From an uncultured Candidatus Saccharibacteria bacterium (GTDB lineage: Bacteria; Patescibacteriota; Minisyncoccia; UBA6257; Colwellbacteraceae): a DNA stretch of 64,000 nt. The notes beneath the pieces are model-generated. The model was not told the DNA's origin, searched no databases, and was given only the letters and a program-made list of their open reading frames with translations. The number at the start of each line of letters is the position of its first letter. Within the stretch, counting starts at the first letter, position 1. Position numbers and translations under genes: made by a program. Where the stretch lies: contig CAZXPC010000004.1 in NCBI GenBank assembly GCA_964643135.1, positions 4,716 to 68,715 of the forward strand, in the 5' to 3' direction. Positions 53,691 to 62,871 of this stretch are shown here, one piece after another.

Positions 53691-56600
53691 TTATAGCTTT
53701 TTGAGGCCGATCCAAACGTCTTCGCCGCTGATTTTGGTTTCGGAAAGGGCGGTGAATTTGTCGGTTTTCTTGTAATGGATGGCAGCGGTGCCGGTGTTGC
53801 TCTTAAGAGCATCGAGGTGGGCTTCGATCGCGGCTTGGATATTTTCGGAAGCCTCGATATAAAGCTCGATCTTGTCGCTCGGCTTCAGATCGGCATCTTG
53901 GCGGAGGGCTTGGACGGCGCGGTTAAGTTCGCGCATGGCGCCTTCGCGTTTTAGATCTTCGGTCAGGTTGGTGTCTAAAATAATTTCTTCCTTAGCGCCT
54001 TTGTCGAAGATCACTTTCTTAACATTAATCTCATCGGACAAGACTTCCAGCAGTTCGCCATCAAGGTTTAGGGGGTTATTTCTAATGGTGAGGCTGGCTA
54101 ACGGCTGACGAACTTTGATATTAGCTTCGGCCCGCTTGGCCAAACCGGCGGCGGCCAGGCGGCGAACTTCTTCCATCTTTTTATTTAGATCTTTGTCGAT
54201 AAATTTGGCGTGAACTTCGGGCCAATTGTCGAGGTGGACGGATTTATCGCCCGCGGCCATGGATTTGTAGAGCGCATCGGCAAAAAAGGGCGCGAAGGGA
54301 GCAATCATTTTCGAGATTTCGAAAATCACAAAAAGCAGAGTTTTAACCATGTCGTTGCGATCGCGGCTGCGGCGGATATACCAGCGCGAGAGGTCGTCGA
54401 CCAGGCTTTCCAGCGAGCGGGCGGCGAGGCCGATTTCATACTTATCCAGGCTATCGGTAGCAAATTGGACGGTTTCGCTGAGGCGGGACAAAATCCACTT
54501 ATCTAAAACGTGGTTAGGGTGCGGGTGCTCGGGCACGGGGTTGGGCGTGTGTTCAAGCGTTTCGGAAAAGAGATATGAGTTGTAGAGAATGCCGAAAAAC
54601 CTACGTGAAACTTTGCCGAGATCGGCTTCGTCAAAATCTTTATTCTCACCGGGCGGATTAACAGTATAGAAATACCAGCGGATGACGTCGGCGCCGTATT
54701 TATTGATCATTTCCCACGGATCGACGATATTGCCCTTTGATTTAGACATTTTTTGGCCGAATTTATCGTGGATTAGGCCAAGCGAGATCACGTTTTTGTA
54801 AACTTCTTTCCGGCCGAGAATGACACCCACCGCGAGCAGAGTGTAGAACCAGCCGCGGGTTTGATCCATGCCTTCGCTGATATAATCCGCCGGGAAACCG
54901 ACGCCGATCTTGTCGATCAGATCTTTATTTTCGAACGGATAGTGGACCGAGGCAAAAGGCATGGCGCCGGAATCAAACCAGACATCAGCCACGTCGGGGA
55001 TGCGCTCCATGCGTACCATTTTCCTAGAGTTCTTTTTGCCTTTATTCTTTGGTATACATTTCTCGCACTTCAAATGGACCCGGTCAATATAGGGGCGGTG
55101 AAGGTCAACTTTGCCGACCTTGTTGTATGAAATATTTTTGAAAATGATCTCGCGCCACTCGCCCGGCTGGAGCGGAACCACTGCCATGGAATCTTCGTTA
55201 GAAAGATTCTTCACGGCGGCCTCGAGCATCCAGAGAGGATCGCCGTGGCTTACAATCAAAATAGTTTTGCCTTCATGGGCTGAATCTACTTCATCCAAGA
55301 ATTGGAAAACCCTCTCTTTTACTTGGGTCAGAGTTTCCCCGCCTGAAGGGGCCTTAAGGAATTTCTCGGTAACGTTGTCGAAAAAGCTGTTATATTCTTT
55401 GGAAGTTTTCCAGTTGAAAATACCGGCATTGATTTCGCCCAAACGCTTGTCCTCGATAACCTTGGCGCTGATAGTTTTGCTCAATATTTTGACCGTCTCT
55501 TTAGCGCGAGCGAAAGGCGAAACGTAGATGAGGTCGATTTTTTCTTTTTTGAGGGCTTTCGCGGCAGCATCGGCGGCAGCCTTGCCTTCTTTGGTTAAGT
55601 GAGAAATTTTGCCCTTGGTTTCGGGGCCGGAAGCCATAACATCTTTAACATTATGTTCGGCTCCGCCGTGGCGCATCAGAATAAAGCGGTTGTTTTGAAC
55701 GGCGCTGGACTCAAGGTCGGCCAGGCTTTCTACAACCTTCACGTGGCCTTCTTTACACTGCCAGATCGGCAGAGGGGTGGCCCAATATCTTTCGCGCGAG
55801 ATAGCCCAATCTTTAGCTTCTTTGATCCATTCGCCGAACCGGCCGGTTTTGATTGAAGCGGGAATCCAGTTGACCTTATTATTAGCGGCCATCAATTTGT
55901 CACGCAAAGTCGACATAGCGATAAACCACGAATCCATGGCGTAATAAAGAAGCGGGGTCGAACAGCGCCAGCAAAAAGGATATTCGTGGGTATAAGGTTC
56001 GGTTTTGACTAGGAAATTTTCTTTGTCGAGATGATCGAAGATGCGCGATTCGGTGTCTTTCGCTTTGGCGTAAAAACCGCCGAGCTTGGGCACGTCTTTA
56101 ATGAAGAGGCCGGACTTCTCAACGGTGTGATGCTGAGGAAGCCCTAGCTTTTTGCCTAAGTTGTAGTCGTCTTCACCATACATGACGGCCGTGTGGACCA
56201 CTCCGGTGCCGTCGGTTGTCGTTACAAAATCAGCCGGGTAGACATGATAAGCTTTTTTGGCTGTTTGGCTTTTTTGCTGGAAGGGCTTAATGTCCCAAAG
56301 CGGCTCGTAAGCCAGGCCAACCAAATCTTTGCCTGTTAAAACGCCTATTTCTTTGCCTTTGGTGGTCTTAGCAAGAGGCATGTCGTGGAAATAGACGCCC
56401 TCTTTGTCGTGGATATCCTTGGCGATAATCCAATATTCCGGCTCGCCCGACCGACTGGCACCGCCGACTTTGTGTTCGATCGTGACATATTTGATCTTCT
56501 CCCCAACCGCCAAAGCCACGTTGCCCGGCAAGGTCCAAGGAGTTGTAGTCCACGAGAGAATATAAACATTACCGTTGGCTTTTAAATCTTTAGAAATTTT

Positions 56601-57263
56601 CTGACCTTTTTTGACGCGAAATTTGATATAGACCGAGGCGTCGGTTGTCTCTTTATAACCCTGGGCGATTTCGTGAGAAGAAAGCGCGGTACCGCAGCGC
56701 GTACACCAAGGCACAATTTTGTGGCCTTTATAGAGCAGTTTCTTTTGCCAAGCCTGGGCTAAGATCCACCAAAGCGATTCGATATATGTTTTTTTATAAG
56801 TAACGTAAGGATTTTTAAGATCAACCCAGTAGCCGGTGCGCTCGGTCATCCGCTCCCACTCGTCTTTATACTGCCAAACCGATTCTTTGCAGCGCTGATT
56901 GAATTCGGCAATGCCGTATTTTTCGATATCTTTTTTAGACTTGAAGCCGAGCGCTTTTTCAACTGCTATTTCCACCGGCAGGCCGTGAGTATCCCAGCCG
57001 GCTTTGCGGGGCACGTAATAACCCTTCATCGATTTATAACGGGGAATGATGTCTTTATAGCTTCGGGAGAGCATGTGGTGAAGGCCAGGCGAACCGTTGG
57101 CAGTCGGCGGGCCTTCCCAAAAGTTAAATATCTTAGGCGCTTCCTCCCCCTTCATCTGCCTTCGTTGGGCGAGAGATTTTTCGAAAATATTATATTTTTT
57201 CCAAAAGTCGAGAACTTTTTCTTCGAGATTGGGGAGATTGAATTCTTTTATGTTCTTCAGCAT
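53691..57263 (-). CDS. ileS: Isoleucine--tRNA ligase carrying an inserted histidine-phosphatase (PGAM-like) domain
   Basis: Class I motifs PPTANGSPGLHHMLS (HIGH) and KMSKSKGN; editing domain; zinc-knuckle CWRC/CEKC. Residues about 526-700 (nt about 55164-55688) contain RHGGAEHN ... LIVSHGDPLWML, the two catalytic-His motifs of the phosphoglycerate-mutase / histidine-phosphatase superfamily, inserted between IWQCKEGH and DLHRPYID. Confidence 0.85.
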   Translation of the reverse strand: MLKNIKEFNLPNLEEKVLDFWKKYNIFEKSLAQRRQMKGEEAPKIFNFWEGPPTANGSPGLHHMLSRSYKDIIPRYKSMKGYYVPRKAGWDTHGLPVEIAVEKALGFKSKKDIEKYGIAEFNQRCKESVWQYKDEWERMTERTGYWVDLKNPYVTYKKTYIESLWWILAQAWQKKLLYKGHKIVPWCTRCGTALSSHEIAQGYKETTDASVYIKFRVKKGQKISKDLKANGNVYILSWTTTPWTLPGNVALAVGEKIKYVTIEHKVGGASRSGEPEYWIIAKDIHDKEGVYFHDMPLAKTTKGKEIGVLTGKDLVGLAYEPLWDIKPFQQKSQTAKKAYHVYPADFVTTTDGTGVVHTAVMYGEDDYNLGKKLGLPQHHTVEKSGLFIKDVPKLGGFYAKAKDTESRIFDHLDKENFLVKTEPYTHEYPFCWRCSTPLLYYAMDSWFIAMSTLRDKLMAANNKVNWIPASIKTGRFGEWIKEAKDWAISRERYWATPLPIWQCKEGHVKVVESLADLESSAVQNNRFILMRHGGAEHNVKDVMASGPETKGKISHLTKEGKAAADAAAKALKKEKIDLIYVSPFARAKETVKILSKTISAKVIEDKRLGEINAGIFNWKTSKEYNSFFDNVTEKFLKAPSGGETLTQVKERVFQFLDEVDSAHEGKTILIVSHGDPLWMLEAAVKNLSNEDSMAVVPLQPGEWREIIFKNISYNKVGKVDLHRPYIDRVHLKCEKCIPKNKGKKNSRKMVRMERIPDVADVWFDSGAMPFASVHYPFENKDLIDKIGVGFPADYISEGMDQTRGWFYTLLAVGVILGRKEVYKNVISLGLIHDKFGQKMSKSKGNIVDPWEMINKYGADVIRWYFYTVNPPGENKDFDEADLGKVSRRFFGILYNSYLFSETLEHTPNPVPEHPHPNHVLDKWILSRLSETVQFATDSLDKYEIGLAARSLESLVDDLSRWYIRRSRDRNDMVKTLLFVIFEISKMIAPFAPFFADALYKSMAAGDKSVHLDNWPEVHAKFIDKDLNKKMEEVRRLAAAGLAKRAEANIKVRQPLASLTIRNNPLNLDGELLEVLSDEINVKKVIFDKGAKEEIILDTNLTEDLKREGAMRELNRAVQALRQDADLKPSDKIELYIEASENIQAAIEAHLDALKSNTGTAAIHYKKTDKFTALSETKISGEDVWIGLKKL

Positions 57264-57334
57264 GAGCTAAATTCTATCAAAATCAGCCTAGTTTTACTAG
57301 AATTTGACACGATTTTGGCGAGTGTCAAAGGCTC

Positions 57335-57476
57335 ACAAACCCTCCCCTCAGGAACCGGGATAAATCTCTTCCAGCGAGAGATTTTCCCTCAGCGCTCAGC
57401 CAGTGGTCGCCGTAATATAAAACGGCGCACCTAGCTCCACTGGCTTCCGCGATGTTCCTTCAGAAAGGGTTTGTTC
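57335..57476. repeat. Dispersed intergenic repeat (related to module I core ggaacc.ggata) with inverted termini, in the ileS 5' leader
   Basis: cacaaaccctcccctcaggaaccgggataaatc ... gaaagggtttgttcg; termini acaaaccct / agggtttgt inverted; several internal hairpins (gccagtgg...ccactggc). Confidence 0.55.
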
Positions 57477-57490
57477 GTTATGGAAACCAC

Positions 57491-57523
57491 AAAAAAGCCC
57501 CCGGCTAAGAAAATGCGGGGGCG
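57491..57523 (-). terminator. Intrinsic terminator 3' of the 57530 gene
   Basis: Minus strand: cgcccccgcattttcttagccgggggc followed by tttttt. Confidence 0.6.
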
Positions 57524-57529
57524 ATCGGC

Positions 57530-58537
57530 TTAACCGAGCCTGTTACGGACGGCGACGCAGACGAAGTCGCCCGAGACAAACTCTTCGACGGTGATCGTAT
57601 CGAGGTGGAGAACCTCGCCGTGGAAGGTTGCCTTGACTAGGGAGTCTCGGCCGTTCGCGCGGACTTCTTCGATCGCGCTTACGTAGGGCTTGCCTTCTTC
57701 AACCAGGCCGGCTTGCTTGGCCTCTCGGAGGATCACTCCAAAGGCCACGATGCGGGCCGGCTTCTGCTTCAAGAGCTCCATTCTCTTCATCACATCTCCG
57801 GGCAATTGCCCCTTGGAAGAGAGAGTGATGTTGCCCACGATGTCCGTTTTCAACGGGCCGCCGAGCCGGTCGAGGAGGTGGCGCACGATCGGCTCTGCGG
57901 TAACTAGGCCGCCGAACATTTCGCCGAGCTTGAGGCTCCCGCCGGGAATGGTGACCAAGATCTCGGTCGGAACCTGGACCCGGTTCGGGTTGGCGTGATG
58001 CTCCACCATCTTCGGCGCGTTGCCGTTCGGCTCGTTCCGCTTGTTCCAATCCAGCCAGTTGCCATGCTGACGTCCGGTTCCGATACCAACAGCCGGATCG
58101 TCTGAGATGGGCGGAACTTTCGGACCGGTCTTCTTCACAGGCGGGAAAGATGCGATCCTCCTGCCCCTCGGAGGAGGTGGCGGGGGCCTGAGAGATCTCG
58201 CGTCGACGTGGCTCTCATCCCAGAGACGCTCCGATACGATGGGCGATAGCCCAGGATCAGGCGGCTTAGGCTCCACGACCGGCGCGGACTCAGGTTCCGG
58301 AGCCGGCGGCAGAGGGGGCGGTTCCGCCTCCACTGCGACAGCTTTCGGTTCTGGCGGGATCGCGGCCGGCTTCGGGACAACGGGCTTCAGAGGAGACGGC
58401 TTCGCGAGGCCCTTCTCGATCAATGCATCGAGGGCCTTGTTCACTTCGGGACATGAGATCCTCTCTTCGCTCATCAAGCGGCCGAGTGTGTACATCTTGT
58501 CGAAGTATTCTCGTTGCTTAACTATGTCGAACGTCAA
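57530..58537 (-). CDS. Pro-rich hypothetical protein, GC-rich (about 60%)
   Basis: 335 aa; central PPxP-rich region; strong third-position G/C bias unlike its neighbours. Confidence 0.5.
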   Translation of the reverse strand: MTFDIVKQREYFDKMYTLGRLMSEERISCPEVNKALDALIEKGLAKPSPLKPVVPKPAAIPPEPKAVAVEAEPPPLPPAPEPESAPVVEPKPPDPGLSPIVSERLWDESHVDARSLRPPPPPPRGRRIASFPPVKKTGPKVPPISDDPAVGIGTGRQHGNWLDWNKRNEPNGNAPKMVEHHANPNRVQVPTEILVTIPGGSLKLGEMFGGLVTAEPIVRHLLDRLGGPLKTDIVGNITLSSKGQLPGDVMKRMELLKQKPARIVAFGVILREAKQAGLVEEGKPYVSAIEEVRANGRDSLVKATFHGEVLHLDTITVEEFVSGDFVCVAVRNRLG

Positions 58538-58559
58538 GGTAATTCCCTAACTGATCGTC

Positions 58560-60296
58560 CTACATTTTCTCAAGAGTGTCAACGCCAAGAAGGTTGAGGC
58601 CGGTTTTGAGGATTTTGGCGGCGGTGGAGATGAGGGCGAGGCGGGCGTTTTTGGTTGGAGCATCAGCCTTCAAAACCGGCTCGACTTGGTAGAAATGATT
58701 GATTGATTTCGCTAGATCATATAAGTAGTTGGCTAACTCATTCGGGTAGTATTCCTTAGCGACTCGCTCCAAGACCTCGGGGAAACGGTCGAGTTTTTGG
58801 ATAATTTCCAGCTCAAGTTCAGTGCTCAAGTATTTAACTTCTATTTTGCTGGTTGCTTTGCTTTTTCGCAAAATACTTTTAAGTCGAGCGTATGAATACT
58901 GCAAGTACGGACCGGAGTCTCCTTCAAATGAGAGCATCTTATCCCAATCAAAGGTGATGTTGGATAGCCGGTTTTGTGAAAGGTCGTTATATTTCAAGGC
59001 ACCGATCGCCACAACTTTGGCGATTTTATCATTTTCGCCTGCTGAGAGACCACGGTCCTTTTCGGCGATGATCTTCGATGTCTTTTCGATGGCCTCAGCA
59101 ATGACGTCTTCCATGAAAATGGTTTTACCGGCTCGGGTGGAGAGCTTTTTGCCGTCTTCTCCCAAAACAAGGCCGTGGGCAACGTGGACCAATTCGGTTT
59201 CTTTGGCTTTTGTTAGTTCCGGCAGAAAATCATTTTTAGCAATTGCGAAAAGTTGTTTAAAGTGAAGTTCTTGTTCGTTACCGATCTCATAAATAATCTT
59301 GGCCGGGTGGTATTTTTTAATTCGATAAATAATATTGGCGATATCGCGGGTTAAGTAAAGCGTTGCGCCGTCAGATTTTTCGATCATGGCCGGGGGCAAA
59401 CCCAAATCGTCTAGCGGGATTATCAACGCACCTTCGCTGCGAACCGCGATTTCTTCGTGAACCAGATATTCGATGATTTTCTTTAAATCTTTTTCATAAA
59501 AACTTTCGCCGATTTCCAGCTCAAACTTAACGCCGAGTGTTTTGTACATCTTATTGAATTCCCTAACCGCTTCGGCGCGGAAATTTTGCCACAGCTTGCG
59601 GTTGGCTTCGTCCCCTGCCTCGAGTTTCCTAAATTCTTCTTGGCCTTTTTTCTCCAACTCGGGATTGGTTTTGGCTTCAGCCGTGAAACGGACATAAAGC
59701 TCGAGCAAGTGCTTGATTGGTTCGGTTTTGAGCTTCTTTTCATCGCCCCACATATTGTAAGCCGCCGTTAGCTTGCCGAACTGCACTCCCCAATCACCCA
59801 GATAATTCCAGCGAATTGTTTTATAGCCTAAGAATTGATGAATATTAGCGATGGCGTCACCAATAATGGTCGAGCGGAAGTGGCCAACATGCATGGGTTT
59901 GCCTATATTGGGCGAGGAATACTCGACGATGACCTTGGTATTCTTGCCCACATTAACTTTTCCCCAATTTTTTGTTCGGGAGATGTTTAGAAATTCTTTT
60001 TGGATGGCTGCTCTGGTAAACCAGATATTAATAAACCCCGGTGCGGCGATATCGATTTTTTCGATCAAGTTTTTTGGCGCGGCGTGGACTAGAAATTCCT
60101 TAACATAATTAGCGGCCTGCATCGGACTCATTTTCTTTTGCTGATTCTCCTTGGCCACCACAAAAGCGATATTGGTCGCCAAGTGGCCGTGAGTTTTTAT
60201 TTCCGGCGGGGCCAATTTATACGAAAGATTAGGAAACCCGCTATTTAAAAGTTTTTTTATCCGGGCGCCAAGCATGATACAATTCAAGAATAACAT
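58560..60296 (-). CDS. argS: Arginine--tRNA ligase
   Basis: SSPNIGKPMHVGHFRSTIIGDAIANI (HIGH region), ArgRS N-terminal and DALR anticodon-binding domains; start could alternatively be the Met at 60275. Confidence 0.9.
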   Translation of the reverse strand: MLFLNCIMLGARIKKLLNSGFPNLSYKLAPPEIKTHGHLATNIAFVVAKENQQKKMSPMQAANYVKEFLVHAAPKNLIEKIDIAAPGFINIWFTRAAIQKEFLNISRTKNWGKVNVGKNTKVIVEYSSPNIGKPMHVGHFRSTIIGDAIANIHQFLGYKTIRWNYLGDWGVQFGKLTAAYNMWGDEKKLKTEPIKHLLELYVRFTAEAKTNPELEKKGQEEFRKLEAGDEANRKLWQNFRAEAVREFNKMYKTLGVKFELEIGESFYEKDLKKIIEYLVHEEIAVRSEGALIIPLDDLGLPPAMIEKSDGATLYLTRDIANIIYRIKKYHPAKIIYEIGNEQELHFKQLFAIAKNDFLPELTKAKETELVHVAHGLVLGEDGKKLSTRAGKTIFMEDVIAEAIEKTSKIIAEKDRGLSAGENDKIAKVVAIGALKYNDLSQNRLSNITFDWDKMLSFEGDSGPYLQYSYARLKSILRKSKATSKIEVKYLSTELELEIIQKLDRFPEVLERVAKEYYPNELANYLYDLAKSINHFYQVEPVLKADAPTKNARLALISTAAKILKTGLNLLGVDTLEKM

Positions 60297-60309
60297 AAAT
60301 TCACAACAA

Positions 60310-61425
60310 ATGGTCGTCTACAACCAAATCAATCTGCCGTTGGAGCGCAAGAAGATCTTGAAAAAGACAGTGGTTATGCTTTTGTCATTGAAGGGGGTGA
60401 CCAGCATTCTTTTCTATACTGTAATGATTTATTTCCTGGCTTTCATGACAGGCTCATTTTGGTTCTCTTATTTTGAAAAATCCGGTCAATCAAGCTCATC
60501 TATTTGGGAGCACCTTTCGATCTACATTATAGTAATTGGATTGGTAACCGTAACTTTGATCCGCGGAATTATTGCTTATATCTATCAATCTTATTATTAC
60601 AAATCCTATAAATACGAGTTCCGGGATGACGGCGCCTCAATAACCAAGGGGGTTGTCTCTCGGTCAACAGGAAATGTGCGCTACGAAAAACTCCAGAATG
60701 TTTATGTCGACCAGGATATTCTTGATCGGGTCTTCGGGCTTTATGACGTCCACTACGAAACTGCCGGCGAAATTTCCGAACCCTATTATCACGTCGATGG
60801 TTTAAATCAAGAAAATGCGGGTAAGTTGATAGCGTTTCTAAATGCCGAGTCGAAAGGCCATTCTAATATAACGGCGCCCGCGGCGGTAGAGATTCAGCAA
60901 TCAGCATTTGTCCCAGAAGATAGAACCGCGCTTTTGAGCTCGGAGAATATCAAACCAACCAATCCGATTTTAGCGCGCGCGCTAATCTTGACCATGGTCA
61001 TGATGATAATCATGCCAGTCGTCTTTTTCATTTTATCTATCCCCCTTTCTAAAGTTCTTGTGCAGATAATGAGCCTGAAACAGTTCCTTGTTTTGTCAGA
61101 GGTAGCGGCCATAGCGTTTAGCATATACGCGATTATTTATAGCTATTTCTACTATAAGAATTATTATTTCGACTTCGGTCCAGAAAAAGGGGAAATAATT
61201 ACGAGGGTTATCGGAACGAGAACTACTTATATTTATTATGACCGCATTCAGGATATAAACATTATTCAAAGCGCCGTTGACAGATTGCTCGGCTTATACA
61301 ATATCTACATATCAACGGCATCAGGCGAAACTATTAGGATGTTGAGCTTCCATAAAGATGAGGCTGGAAAAATAAGAGACTTCTTGCTCAAAAAGGCTAA
61401 AACTTATCGCGGGGGCGGATTGTAG
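60310..61425 (+). CDS. Membrane protein with two bacterial PH (bPH_2 / YdbT-like) domains
   Basis: Two TM hairpins each followed by a bPH_2-like segment (YEFRDDGASITKGVVSRSTGNVRYEKLQNVYVDQDILDRVFGLYDVHYETAG; YYFDFGPEKGEIITRVIGTRTTYIYYDRIQDINIIQSAVDRLLGLYNIYISTASG). Start uncertain (ORF-track start 60274 would overlap the argS start). Confidence 0.6.
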   Translation: MVVYNQINLPLERKKILKKTVVMLLSLKGVTSILFYTVMIYFLAFMTGSFWFSYFEKSGQSSSSIWEHLSIYIIVIGLVTVTLIRGIIAYIYQSYYYKSYKYEFRDDGASITKGVVSRSTGNVRYEKLQNVYVDQDILDRVFGLYDVHYETAGEISEPYYHVDGLNQENAGKLIAFLNAESKGHSNITAPAAVEIQQSAFVPEDRTALLSSENIKPTNPILARALILTMVMMIIMPVVFFILSIPLSKVLVQIMSLKQFLVLSEVAAIAFSIYAIIYSYFYYKNYYFDFGPEKGEIITRVIGTRTTYIYYDRIQDINIIQSAVDRLLGLYNIYISTASGETIRMLSFHKDEAGKIRDFLLKKAKTYRGGGL

Positions 61426-61497
61426 CCACGCCGAAGATTAAAGCCATTTTATAAAAATTGATTTTGAATCGGAGCGGGGGTAGGCTGAAATTAGCAT

Positions 61498-62136
61498 ATG
61501 AAGGCGGTTATATTCGATATTGATGGTACGCTCACGCCGGAAATCTCGTGGCTATTTTTGACCGAAGCTCTGGGCGCGTCTAAAAGCGAGCATTTAGAGA
61601 TATTTAACAGCATGAAAGCCGGTGAAATTGACCTGCCCCTGGCAACCAGCCAGTTACTTCGACTATGGCAAGCGAGCGGACAGGCTAATTTGGGAAAACT
61701 TAGAGAAATTTTTGACAAAGTAAGTCTGCGTGAAGGAGCGCTCGAAATCGTGAATTACCTGCGAAGCGAAAATTATAAACTCTGCCTCATCTCCGGTTCG
61801 ATGGGCTTATACGCCGAGACGATTGCTAAAAAGTTAGGGGTTGAAGCGTATTTCAGCAACACCGAGCTGATTTTTGATAAGGCCGGCCAATTAATCAATT
61901 TTAAATATCAGCCGGACCAGGGCGCGATCAAACTAAAACAGCTTATGGAATTTTGCGCGCGCGAAAATATAACGCTCAAGGATTGCGCGGTGATCGGCGA
62001 CAGCGGAAACGATTTGGAAATTTTTAAAGCAACCGGACACGGCATTATTTTGAAGGGCGGCACACCGGAGCCCACCCTCGGGGACGCTGCTTGGAAAAAA
62101 ATAGAGGATTTGGGGGAAATTAAAGCCATTTTATAA
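61498..62136 (+). CDS. HAD-superfamily hydrolase (phosphoserine-phosphatase-like)
   Basis: Motif I FDIDGTLT, motif II ISGS, C-terminal GDSGNDLE. Confidence 0.75.
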   Translation: MKAVIFDIDGTLTPEISWLFLTEALGASKSEHLEIFNSMKAGEIDLPLATSQLLRLWQASGQANLGKLREIFDKVSLREGALEIVNYLRSENYKLCLISGSMGLYAETIAKKLGVEAYFSNTELIFDKAGQLINFKYQPDQGAIKLKQLMEFCARENITLKDCAVIGDSGNDLEIFKATGHGIILKGGTPEPTLGDAAWKKIEDLGEIKAIL

Positions 62137-62192
62137 AAATTGATTTTGGTTCTGCCCGGTAGTACGCTGAAATTAGGATTCGAGGGTTTGAC

Positions 62193-62762
62193 ATGGAAAT
62201 CATCAAGCCGATTGAAGAAGAGCAAGCGAAGCGGCCCACGCCCGAGCAATTGGGAGAGCTCGTTTCGAACCTTGAGGAACTACTCAAGACCGAACCGGTC
62301 ATCCACTACGCGGAACCGGTTCCGCTTGATACAATCGCCGAGGCTTTCCGCGTTCCACCATCAAGGCTGAACAGAAAAAACCTCGGCAAAAGTTCGCCGT
62401 ACCCGATCTCCAAGCCTGGAAGGATCCCGCCAGAACTCTTGGGAGAGACGCTCGCCGAGATCGAATTCTATAAGTACGACGAGTCTGAGTTCGAAGGGGA
62501 GATCCAGGTCTTCGAGTCGACCATGCTCATCGACCCGGATGGCATGACCTTCGTTTGGGACAACGAGTGCCACGGCGAAGAGTGCCACCAAGCTAACGCC
62601 AAAGCCCGGGGACTTCTCCTCGAAGCCGGCTTCCGAGAAGTCTCAACGGATGACTACGGCGAAAAGCCGAAGTCTGTGGAGATCAAACTCGAACCGACCG
62701 GAACAACCGTGGAGGCTCCCGACGGCGAAGACAAAGGCCAGGACCCAACGGCGATCGAATAA
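62193..62762 (+). CDS. Acidic hypothetical protein, GC-rich (about 60%)
   Basis: 189 aa; CHGEECH pair; strong third-position G/C bias. Confidence 0.45.
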   Translation: MEIIKPIEEEQAKRPTPEQLGELVSNLEELLKTEPVIHYAEPVPLDTIAEAFRVPPSRLNRKNLGKSSPYPISKPGRIPPELLGETLAEIEFYKYDESEFEGEIQVFESTMLIDPDGMTFVWDNECHGEECHQANAKARGLLLEAGFREVSTDDYGEKPKSVEIKLEPTGTTVEAPDGEDKGQDPTAIE

Positions 62763-62871
62763 CTCCTGGCTCTCACAACGCACCACACCGGCAAAGTGGT
62801 GCTGTTTTTTAATGATTTTGTTGCTTGACACAATTGGCTTAATATTCTAAACTCGCCCCGAGGCTGTTTGC

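Noticed and set aside
57264-57529. T-box riboswitch upstream of ileS
   Set aside because: No specifier-loop AUC context with GA/K-turn motif and no AGGGUGGNACCGCG antiterminator sequence. The region is instead homologous to the dispersed repeat family.
60274-60309. ORF-track start of the PH-domain membrane protein at 60274 overlapping the divergent argS start
   Set aside because: Divergent genes cannot share start regions sensibly. A downstream Met (60310, MVVYNQ…) before the first TM helix is more plausible, although the true start remains uncertain.
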